From Chiloscyllium plagiosum (lineage: Eukaryota), in NCBI RefSeq assembly GCF_004010195.1, contig NC_057750.1:2548112-2612111 (forward strand): a DNA stretch of 64,000 nucleotides. Reading direction: 5' to 3'. Every line of letters starts with the position of its first letter. Within the stretch, counting starts at the first letter, position 1. The notes below the pieces were generated by a model. It searched no databases. It was not told the DNA's origin and saw nothing but the letters and a program-made list of their open reading frames with translations. The position numbers were made by a program, and so were the translations under genes. Below, one piece after another: positions 53,301-64,000 of the stretch.

Positions 53301-56300
53301 TGTTCTGCTTTTCTTTGACTAGCACTCTGGATTTTGTTTTACATGCAATGGAGGGGACAAATACAGGTTTAACACAGTACCTTCAAGAATACAACATTCC
53401 CTCAAAGTTGCTCTGAAGTATAAGCTTGGTTAACCGGTTTACTTTCTTCCCTTCTTGTCCCAGTGACAAGAGTGTTATGGAGGCAAGATTGATACTAATC
53501 TGTGCTGCATACCTTCTCAAACTAGAGAATAGGATTGAAACAGATAGATGGAATTAAAATACCATTGCTCCAACAACCTTTTAAAACATTGTTGGGAGAA
53601 ACAGAGAATGGATCCGACATCAGACAGCACAATTAGGTCAGTGTGCATTGGATGGAGTCTATCCAAGAAATGGCTGATGTCAGCTGTGAAGCAGAAAATG
53701 GTGAAGAAAGCTTGTCAACACAGGAGGAAAAACATTGCAACGGCGTTGGTGCAAATATCTTATTAATTTCCAAATCTTAAAAGACAGAAGGATAGTAAGT
53801 GCATGGGATTAGCCACATCGCCAAGTCACACACCGTCCTCATCGGAGATGTATAAATCATCATTTCTCCACCATTGCTGGGTCAATATCATTGAACTCTA
53901 CTGAACTACACAATGGGACCACCACAATCCCATAGACTGAAGCACTTCACAGGAGTGGCTCACTACTGCCATCTGAAAGGTACCTTAGGGAAATGTGCAT
54001 TAAATTGAGTATTTGTAATAAAATGTGGATTATAAGTAGAATGCCACAGTAATAAAATGGGAATGTTGCAGTTTCAAAAACAAATTCAGTCACTTTTTTT
54101 CCGCAAGTGCTCAACAGAATGCAATTTGGTCCAGAACATGTTTATTATAATGATAGAGATGTAATGCATTATTTAGTGTTGCAAAAATAACATTCAACCA
54201 ATAGTTTCTCTCCCCACACTGAAAGGCAGGACCCTTTCAACCCAGTTTGTTCAATGTTATGGTTGGGGAGGCCGCCAGTTCACTTGCAACTACTTGAATA
54301 TATACATATATAGTTCTCAAAACCTTTTGGTGTAAAGATTATAGTCATTCCCGATGGCATTTCAAGAATTCTAATCTGACCCTTCAACCCCAGGCCCAGT
54401 AATTTCCGACACCAATCAGATTTCCACAACTTCTGCTCTGACTAGTTCTGAACTCATTTAATGGCAGTTTTTGGTACACCATTTATCTTCCCACGTGTGG
54501 ATTGATGCGATTTTCTCTAGCTGAGTGGACAGTCTCCAATCCAGTGGTCTTGGTCAACCTGTAAATAAGATGGACACAAGTTTAGCAGAAAACACAAACT
54601 GAGAATTGCTCCATTAACTGTCACAGAAAATTCAAATTCCACTTACAAAGAGGATTTCCATCAGCTACACCTACCATTTCCCAGAGATCTCTTTCCGAAA
54701 AGGCACTTGGCTTTTGCAGTCCATCCTTCTTGAAGGAAGTGACATATCCCCATCATGGTGAATTTATTTGAAGGATTATAGATTTTTGTTACAACCCAAG
54801 CCATCACACTATTAAACTGCCATGCACTTTTCAAATCCGTCTTTTGCTAGTTTTAACCTTTGCTCCTTCATTCTGCCAGTTGTGTCTATGATATTTTACC
54901 TGTAGAGATTTGAACTTCTACACTACTCACTCTCTTAAGAATCTTTTCCCCAAAGTCCCACAGCCGTTGTTGGCCTCTAAAGCTGCTACCGTACTGATAA
55001 GTCAAGAAATATTTATAATCCTTGATATGCCTTTAGAATTTGCTGGTTACTTAAGTCAAATAATCACCCTGCCCATAACCAGTTTCCTAACCAATTTGTA
55101 CAAAATGTAATTGAGCTTAAAAAAAATTCCCAAGAATAGACCATTTAATCCTTTGGAGGCTGTTCAATTCAATCAAGGTTCATCTTCTGTCTCAGCATCA
55201 CTTTCCTGTTCCTTCCCCGATATCTCCAAAAACCAAGCTCATGATTGCTGGGATGCAAACAAAATCCAGGGTCTCTTCCCTTTTAACTGAGGTAGCCTCA
55301 TTAACACCAAGCGCATACAAGTGATACAGACCTTCCCCACACGCTCTGCGTTAGACTTTATCAGTTGATGATTTCCATTAAATCCTGCCTTTACTCTGTA
55401 ACAGTTCACCACATGAAGTGGTGTCTCCTCAGAGTTTCACATACAATGAGAGCAGCAACCTTGGCCCGTGACTGACTTTCAAGCTGTCGAGAGCACATTC
55501 AAAACATCTCTGGATAGTGCAAGTGACTCCCTCCACTCTAATACACAGCAAACAAGAGAATAAGTGTACAGCACCCACCGGAGAACAATGTGCAGGTAAA
55601 GGCTAACTGGTCCATTCACTCAGCCCTACAATGTTGTCTGGAACTGACCTCTCATAGCTCCTTTTACAAAGAGGGACAGGAGTGTGTATCCTGCTTTTTG
55701 AAACTTACTAAACACAGTTATGACCAGCTGCTGCAGTGGCTTATCAAATTCGACAGGTGGGCTTTTGTTGGAGAAGGCATTAAAGGGTGATGGAACTAAA
55801 GTCGTGCAAATGAAGACAAAATACAGATCAGCCATTATTTAAAAGACTATTGGAATAGGTTTGAGGGGCTGAATGGCCACATCCTATTTCTAGGCTCCTG
55901 ATCACCATTTGGCAACTGCACATGCAGTTTGCGATTAAACCTACCAGGCTCGACTGCACATTTTTACCGAACAGCCAATGGCCACTGAATATTAACATTC
56001 ACACTCTCTGGCTGAGAGAGAAAAAGAAATGACTTGATTGAAAATCTCAAGCAGCTCGACAGATATTTTGGAACAAGCAGGCTTTCTTTTTTAATATTCT
56101 TGTCCATTTGTTGAGAAAATACAAATCCATTTTTGGAACATCAAGTGTAATAAATACACCCTAAGAATACAGTTCAACAGCAACGCAAGTAGACAAGTTC
56201 ATTTAAACGTGATACAATATTTCGATGCCCTGACACAAGCCTTGATTTCACACTGACTTGCCGAGTGATTTCATTTCGATAACAGATAAAGAGGAAATGT

Positions 56301-57004
56301 CACGTGGGTGCATTTAAGCACTTGGTTAACATTCAGGTTATAGAAAGCATTCAACAGAAAGAGAAAGTATAAATCAAGAAAACAGCAAAGTTAAGAGCCC
56401 AAACCTCTGTCTTATTTCAGCATGGTGACCCCTAGGCGCCAATGTTGCATTTTAAAAAATTACGACACGCTCCAAGTCTAACGTACAAAGGTTAAATATT
56501 TATAAATTCAGCATCTGGAATGCTTGGAAAAGTTTCCTTAAAACAGTCACCAACATTTACAAAGTTTGGTGTGTATTTGTTGACAATTTTATCCAATCTG
56601 CCAGAGACTCGTATACCCACAGCCTCCAGTGTAACAATGCCTCCCACCTAATATTTGTGGTCATATAGATTTTAAGATTAAAAATACATCAAAAATATTC
56701 TACATCTTACACAATTCTTTGCCTCTGGCTATGCAGTTAATACTGAGATTGTCAAACTCCTTTATGGACAATAGTGAACCTTTAACTGTCAATAAATTAG
56801 GATATTTTCGTGGATTTCTGGTCCAGTCCCCATTTGGAGTCCTAATACTGCCTGCATTCACATTAATAGTCACTGGATTGGAATTAGAAATTCTGTACAC
56901 AACCAGCCCTGCCCTTCTGTCAAAACTTGACAACTAGTCAAGGGGGAGCACTACACAGATTCCATAAATCTCAAGCACTACCACCCACTGCATCTGCATC
57001 TGCT

Positions 57005-57200
57005 GCTGCTCAGAAGGTCATGTGTTCAAGTCCCACTCCACAGACAGAAGCACAATCCAGGCTGACAGATCAGTGCAGTACTGAGGGAGTTCTGCACTGT
57101 CGGACATGTTACCTTGTGGATGAGATAGTAAATGAGGGCCCCTCGCTGTCCTCTCAGATCTGCAATACCTCTCAGAACATTATTCTGCAGGGATGCACTT
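57005..57200 (+). mobile_element. Old DeuSINE (SacSINE1/AmnSINE-like) fragment
   Basis: B-box-like gttcaagtccc followed by cagtgcagtactgagggagttctgcactgtcggac..ggatgagatagtaaatgagggcccc, resembling the Deu domain. Confidence 0.6.
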
Positions 57201-58811
57201 CCTGGTGGCCTGGCCTTTTTTTTTTCCCCTCAACAATTACTAAAACAAATAAATTTAAAATAATTTTATCTTGAGCTTGCAGTCCATGAATTGGTTTGTT
57301 TGCTATATCGCAAACGATATTTACACTTCAAAAAGCAGCTTGATGGTCATAAAGCACAAACAGGTGTTACATAAATGCATGCTTCTTCCTTCCTGGTCTA
57401 CGTTGCATTCTATGGCAACAGGAATAATATGGAGATCAGGAACACAGGGTAGTAATGGTGAAAATCCATTAAAGCAAGTGGGTTCCTGAACAAGTCCCAC
57501 GGCCAGGAAAGCTTAAAGTGGGATGGTAGTAGGGACAAAAAAATATACTTTTGGGCATCAGCAGCAAACTTCACCATGGATTTAAATTGTTGCATCTGGT
57601 AAACACCACACTCTATGGAAAATTCTAAACAAAACAGTTTGAGTCATTATACCATCAATACCAATGTTCAAATGTCGTAGCTTAAATAAGACAAAACATG
57701 TAGAAAGGCTACATCTGTGTACAAGGTGAATTTCTTGGACATATCTAAAAATTGAGGAAAAACACTAGCATCCAAATGTAACTGGAGCAACTTTGCAGCA
57801 AAACAAAGGGTGAAATTACAATTGAGAATGGAGGAAAAAGAACACCAATCCTAAATATTCAATTATTCCAAGTTTGACTGCCTGATCCTCATGAAAAAAA
57901 GGGTCAATTCATTTACAAATTTCTCCTGGTCTCCATCAATATTGTGGCCCATTGCTTCCTTGGCTTTGATATGGTTTTTCACATGTGACACTTCCAGTAG
58001 GGTTTAGTCACCTCGGAGTAAAGATCAAAACAGGACTGAAGACAGGATGTGGCCAAGGTAAAGAGGATTATAGCTCAAATTGCACGTGTCCTGTCGATAA
58101 GCAACTGGCTATTTCTCCAATGTCTTGCGCATCACATCAAAGACCAAAAACAGTCCAAAATTAAGTATCTGGCTTATTTACATTCAATGACCTTTTGAGT
58201 GGCCTACTAGAGATCCAAAATGTCCAAAACCAAACAAGTGGTAACTAACTCCAAAAAGAGTGAAACCACAGTCACTTCTTCAGAAAATTTCCCTTATTCA
58301 GAGAGATAAAAAGTGCAGGAAAGGAAAAGATCTGAAACAGGTGCAGCCCATGCTTTCCTGAGAGAGTGCAGGAGAGAGAACGGAGTTGAAGAAGAGTAGA
58401 CAGCAGGAATCGCAGTTCAGAGAACATAGTCTGGGTTCTATCCCAATCCCTCTACTCAGTACATCAGCAGTTGGGATAGTGATGTTAGTATCCTGGAGCT
58501 GGTTAGTATTTGCCCTTTGTTCAGGCCTGTAGAAGGTTAGAGTCGTTAGGTGCATGGTCTAGTCTGATTAAGCAAGGCTTGAAGGTTAGACAGCTCACTC
58601 AAAGCAGAGCTTTAGCCCAGAGTGAGAGCAGCTTTACGAAAGCAAACAGTCTCATAGCTAGTGATTTGAACAGCACCTGAGCTGGGCTCATTTCCTTCCA
58701 CACAATCTGTCCTCGGTTTTGTCCTTGTGGTGGGTTCCGAAACATCTCCTTCAAGATAGAAACATATAGTTTTAATAAATAGACAACAGCATGGCCATTT
58801 TGCAAGCAACT

Positions 58812-58825
58812 TTACATTTTAAAGA
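58812..58825 (-). CDS. CCDC9: Predicted CCDC9 terminal coding exon (V-F-K-M-stop) followed by a long 3' UTR
   Basis: Strong minus-strand acceptor attttgttctcttacaccttcag|TC TTT AAA ATG TAA, in phase with the upstream donor at 60072. About 2.7 kb of mostly unique sequence follows, up to a candidate ATTAAA near 56090. Confidence 0.5.
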
Positions 58826-60071
58826 CTGAAGGTGTAAGAGAACAAAATGTGGTGTTTCAGGGAGAGGTGGAACCTTTGGGGTTGAATTGCATTATCTCCC
58901 CCTCCGTTGCGATTCTGATTTACTGCCTTTCTTTGTTAGTCTTTTGTTATTGTTACACTGACCTTGGTGGGCAGTATCTGCAGTAACTTGATGACTGGCT
59001 GTTTTGTTTAACTAGAGGAGGATTCTTGGGAGGGTCTCGTGATGCAGTGGTAGATTCCTAACGTCTGGGTTAGACTATGCAGATTGAAGCCGCACCTGAA
59101 CATGCCTGAACTCATTAGCTTTCTCTTTCTTTAAAAAAAAATCAATTTCATGATATGGTGTGGTGGGGCATATGGACAAGTCAGAGGATCTCCTTGTGAG
59201 TTTACTCCTGGCCTACCAAAACTAGCTATCAATAACAGAGTTCAGGGTCATAACTCCCAACTGCCTGCCCCTCTATCATGGTTACACCTGTGCCCAGGTT
59301 TGCTTGGCAAGGGAATATGGTGCATTTAGGAGGGTTTCATGATAAATGCCCACCATTTATCAAGATTTTGATTTCAAATTTTCTAAAGTTTTCTTTAAGA
59401 TTTATAAAAATTTAATCATTTGTGGGATGCGGGTGTCACTGGCTGGGCCCAGCATTTATTACCCATCCCTAATTGCCCCTTGAGAAGGTGGGGGTGAACT
59501 GCCTTCTTGAGCCGCTGCAGTCCATGTGCTGTGGGTTGACCCACAATGCCCTTAGGGAGGGAATTCCAGGATTCTGATCCAGGAAGGAACGGCAATATAT
59601 TTCCAAGTCAGGATGGTGAGCGGCTCGGAGGGGAACTTGCAGAGGGTGATGTTCCCATGTATCTGCTGCCCTTGTCCTTCTAGATAGAAGCGGTCGTGGG
59701 TTTGGAAGGTGCTGTCTGAGGATCTTTGTTGAATTTCTGCAAATTCCTGTATTTAATTAATGCCACAGCACCCTCAGTGGGGTGAAAGTTGGTTCAATTT
59801 GGTTAATTTGTTCTATTGAGAGAGAGTTGGGTTCTTCCCAGTTGGCTTCTGGCCAGGGAAAGGTGGAAACTGGTGTTGGCGTTAAACTAGATTTACAATG
59901 TGAATATCGGAGTCTTTTCTTGCCTAGTTCAACGTATGGGCCTGTCAAACAAGGGAAAGGACAAAGACAATCAGGATAATTTGTAAAGCATATCTGGAAC
60001 TCCCGAGGACAACTCACTAAAGCTTGTAATTTTGACTGAAGATGCAACTGTAGTGAACAAAACCCACCAAC

Positions 60072-60326
60072 CTGTTCTCCTATTGGCCTCCTGCTGATTA
60101 AGCTGCTTCTCTGTTGTTGCTTGTGTAACCACTATGGTGGCAGTGTCACCGGACTTGTTAGCATCGTCAATCTCCAGTTCTGCCTGCTCTTTCAGGATTT
60201 CATCAGCAGGATCACAGCTTCCGCTGACATTTTGTGGAGATGTCTGGTCAGTCACAGCTTCCTGCTCCTTCCCAGCTTCTAAATCCGACTCCCCAACATT
60301 GGGACTGTCTCCAGACTTGACCTCCA
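60072..60326 (-). CDS. CCDC9: CCDC9 penultimate coding exon (predicted)
   Basis: Acceptor ttttgtttgcag|, phase 1 continuing the upstream exon: VEVKSGDSPNVGESDLEAGKEQE...QQEANRRT. Candidate donor ACAG|gttggt. 255 nt. Confidence 0.65.
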
Positions 60327-60770
60327 CTGCAAACAAAAGCACGGTTTGTTACCTCAAACTGAACGAACCCGCTCGAGACACCAGAGGCCCAGGAACAGCT
60401 GGGGATTTCTGGAGTGTGTTGAGAGTCTCATCTCCGGAGGGGAAAGGCTGGGCTCCAGAAATTGAGTAGATTTCAACTCAAGAGTCTCGCCAGCAGAAAC
60501 ATGGGAAAGCGGGCATCGTGTCCTTACTTGGAAGAGGATGTGGTTTCAGCCAGAGGGAGGGGGCACGAAAACGTGAAAAGAACGAAAGCTCGAAACATTA
60601 TGAAATAGTTTCCACGCAGCTTTCTCCGGCATTCTGAAAAGCTGACACAACCTGCTGCCCAAGATGTGAGAGCTGCTTATTTGGTTTAAAGGCACATTTA
60701 ATAAGAAAGAAATACATAAATAAATAAATAAATAAAGAGAGATGCTACATCACTGAGAACTGAACCTTAC

Positions 60771-61290
60771 CTTTCTGCTCCTCCTTTGTTGCATTAACTG
60801 TTTGTAAGGGATTCAGCTGCAGAGTGGCTCTTGGTGATGTTGTTTCCATCTCCTCTGCCCAGTCTTTCACTGGGTGATACTCATCCAGGGAGAACGGACT
60901 GAGTGGCTTGCTTCCTGACTCCTTCGGTTGCATAGTCATATCCTGTGGAGGGATGTGAAGTTTGGGTGTTTCTCTGGGTTTCCTAGCTTGTTGTTCTTTA
61001 ACACTGGTCTCTGGGCTTCTGCAGGGGGACTGCACCACCTCAGCTCCCTTTGCCACATCCTCCATTACTCCCGCACCATCTTTCTTCTTCTTCTCCTCCT
61101 CCTCCTCAAGATCCTTGGTTTCCTTCAGTTCGTCCTCACTGTCCGATACATCCTCTCCCACTATTTCCTCCTCATCATCACTAGCGTCTTCCCATTCATC
61201 TTCATCATCTGCCTCATCTGCAGGAGGCTCGCCCACATCAGCCTTCCCCTGGTTCTGATCTTGAACAGGTTTCTCTTTCAACTCCTTTTC
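60771..61290 (-). CDS. CCDC9: Coiled-coil domain-containing protein 9, large acidic exon (upstream exons lie beyond the window)
   Basis: Acceptor ttgcag|GAA, donor AAAG|gtaagg. DEDEWEDASDDEEE and SPFSLDEYHPVKDWAEEMETTSPRAT match the CCDC9 C-terminal motifs (human, as recalled, EWEDISEDEEE and SPFSPPSGHQPVSDWGEEVELNSPRTT). Synteny with SAE1 and INAFM. Confidence 0.9.
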
Positions 61291-61377
61291 CTGCAATAAT
61301 CAAACAGAGGGGCGAACATGTCAGCTTCTCAGTGTTACACAACCTGACCACAACTGTAAACAGTCGCTCAAACCTCA

Positions 61378-61707
61378 GAATCCCTACAGCGAGGAAGCAG
61401 GCCATTCGGCCTATATACTGACACTCTGAACAGCATGCCACACAGACCCACACCTCTACCCTATCCCAGTAACCCTGCAGTTACCAGACCAAACCACCCG
61501 AATCTACACATCTTTGGACTGTGGGAGGAAACTGGAACACCCAGAGGAAACCCACACAGACATGGGGGCGAATGTGCAAACTCCACACAGACACGGGGGG
61601 GGGGGGGGGGAAGAGAACGTGGAAACTCCACACAGACGGTCGCTTGAGGATGGAATTGCACTGGCGCTGTGAGGCAGTAGTGCTAACCACTGAGCCACCG
61701 TGCTGCC
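61378..61707 (-). mobile_element. HE1-type V-SINE with an internal duplication and G-tract
   Basis: Two copies of aaactccacacagac separated by a poly-G. Head gcagcacggtggctcagtggttagc on the minus strand. Confidence 0.8.
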
Positions 61708-62619
61708 CAAATACAAGAAGATATGCTTAACCCAGCTTAGGGATTCTATGATTCTAGATTTTTTTTATTAATTCATGAGATGTATGCCTTGCTGGCTACG
61801 CCACCATTTATTTCCCATCCCTAATTGCCCAGAGAGGAACTAAAAGTCAACTTAGTCTGATTTGGAGGAACTGGTATTAGACTAGGATGTGCAAAGTTAA
61901 AAATCACACAACACCAGGTTATAATCCAACAAGTTTATTTGAAAGTGCTGCTCCTTCATCAGGTGGTTGTCTCAAAAGCTAGTGCTTCCAAATAAACCTG
62001 TTGGACTATAACCTGGTATTGTGTGATTTTTAACTTCCTAACTTAATCTGGAGTTGCACATCGGCCAGACCAGTAAGGATGACCATTTCCTTAAGTGAAG
62101 GGTAGACAGATTTTTCCAACAACCGATTCACATTCGATATTAGACTCTTAATTTTAAACAGAACATTTTTTTTATTGAATTCAAATTTCACCATCTGCCA
62201 TGTCAGGATTTGAACGCTGGAACATTCCCCAGGTCTCTGGATGAGCAGTCCAGTGATAATACCACTAGGCCATCACCTGCCCTGTAGCTGCAAGCTCTTG
62301 GCCAAGTATTAAACTTGGGAAGTGAGTACAACTCGTACCTACATCCATATACAGGTGGATTATGGTAGAACAAACCCACTTTCTCCAGCCTTGCATTTTT
62401 AAATAGATTGAACCAACAAAATACTGGCTCCAGGCCCGAATGGTGAGCAAAGCCATTTACTGACATTGGGGCCACACAGACATCAATTGGTTGTATGTCA
62501 ATCTTCTGTTCCATTTTCAATTAGTATTGCTTCCCATCAGTAACACCTTAATGCCACAGCACTCAGTAACATGGGGGTCAATTTCCACATCCACATGTAT
62601 CACTCAGTTTCACCTCTGC

Positions 62620-63033
62620 AAAGGAGAGGCTGAATAGGCTGGGGCTATTTTCCCTGGAGCTGAGGGGTGACCTTACAGAGATTTATAAAATCATGGAGGT
62701 AAATGATTAAGGTGAATAGGCAAGATCTTTTTCCCCAGGGTGGGGGAGTCTAAAACTAGAGGACGTAGGTGAGAGGGGAAAGATTTAAAAAGGACCAAAT
62801 GGGGCAACTTTCTCACGCAGAGGGTGGTGTGTGTACAGAATGAGCTGCCAGAGGAAGTGTTGGAGGCTGGTATAATTACAGTATTTAAAAGGCATCTGGA
62901 TGGATATTGAATAGGAAGGATTTAGAGGGATATGGGCCAACTGCTGATAAATGGGACTAGATTAATTTGGGATATTTGGTCAGCATGGACAGGTTGGACC
63001 GAAGGGTCTGTTTCCATGCTGTATATCTCTATG
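62620..63033 (+). mobile_element. CR1/HER1 LINE 3' end
   Basis: ggagaggctgaataggctggggct...gagctgccagaggaagtg...gggtctgtttccatgctgtat. Confidence 0.85.
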
Positions 63034-63129
63034 ATGAGAAGTTGTGCCCTCTCTGTTTGGGGAGCATCCTGATTGGCTGTCCATCACAGTTAATGACATG
63101 ATTTCACCATGGACCATGTAATACACCAT

Positions 63130-63550
63130 GTAAGAAGGCCTATGGTGTATTAGCATTGGTTAGCAGAGGGATTGAATTCAAGAGTCGTGAAGTGATGTTG
63201 CAGCTGTACAGGACCTTGGTTAGTATCGTGGCCATTCACTCTTCCCTGAGCCCCTATGTTCAACTCTTGTTCATATCAATAGGTGACGGTGCATTTCTTC
63301 TCACAGAGGATAATAGCTTTAAATTAAGGTTGTGTAGGTATAGGACAGATGTTAGGGGTAGGTTCTTTACCCAGAGAGTGGTGGGGGCATGGAATGCGCT
63401 GCCTGTGGGAGTGGTAGAGTCAGAATGATTGGTAACCTTTAAGCGGCAATTGGATAGGTACATGGATGGGTGCTTAAGCTAGGACAAATGTTCGGCACAA
63501 CATCGTGGGCCGAAGGGCCTGTTCTGTGCTGTATTGTTCTATGTTCTATG
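63130..63550 (+). mobile_element. CR1 LINE fragments with (atgttct)n tail
   Basis: RGIEFKSREVMLQLYRTLV and RFFTQRVVGAWNALP. Confidence 0.8.
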
Positions 63551-64000
63551 GACTGTGCAAGGGGTCAGGCTCCAAGGTCTGCCCATACTGTGGGCATTAT
63601 CTGCAACACAGTTTTGCTTTGGAAACAGTTTGGAGAAAATTCACTCGGCTGATTTTGAGGATGAGGGGTCTGTCGTGGTTCACTGGAGTTTAAAAGAATG
63701 AAAAGCGATCTTACCTGAACATTAAATTTGAAGGGGTTTGATGGGATAAGTGTTGAGAGAATGTGGGGTTAATTAGAGCTGGGGGCCACAGTTTTGAAAT
63801 AATGGTCTCCCATTGAAGACTGAGGGAAGGAGACATTCCTTCTCTCTAAGGAGTTGCTATTATTTGAAACTCTCTTCCCTCAAAAGCATTGGAGGTTGGG
63901 TGTTTGAATATACTCAAGGCTGAGTTTAGATACATTTTTGATCAACAAGAGAGTCAAGGGTCATGGCACAGATAGGGAAGTGGAATCTGAGGCCACAACA

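Noticed and set aside
62203..62520. Minus-strand 105-aa ORF as a possible upstream CCDC9 exon
   Set aside because: No resemblance to the charged CCDC9 sequence, and it runs into a SINE/LINE fragment.

Overview
Vertebrate genomic DNA, almost certainly from a shark or other elasmobranch (inferred from HE1-type V-SINEs and abundant CR1/HER1-type LINEs). It is very repeat-rich and has four N gaps. Three protein-coding genes are supported. SAE1 (+ strand) has a CpG promoter and coding exons 1-3 at 23131-30336, and I find no exons 4-9. An InaF-motif gene (- strand, 46339-48027, 562 aa) is INAFM1 by synteny and carries an unusually long Cys-free, Ser/Thr/Gly-rich tail. The 3' exons of CCDC9 (- strand) lie at about 58812-61290. 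In human the order is SAE1-BBC3-CCDC9-INAFM1, with SAE1, CCDC9 and INAFM1 co-oriented. Here the CCDC9-INAFM block is flipped after an exactly 500-N gap, pointing to a mis-oriented scaffold or a real inversion/nesting. The most striking non-coding signal is a set of minimal hammerhead ribozyme motifs (CUGANGA...GAAA, covarying stems) in at least three Penelope-like families. They include short hairpin-shaped insertions with target-site duplications and a tandem pair 215 nt apart that resembles a retrozyme unit. No CRISPR, rRNA or bona fide tRNA genes were found. Most short ORFs in the track are repeat-derived or spurious. Repeat boundaries are approximate.
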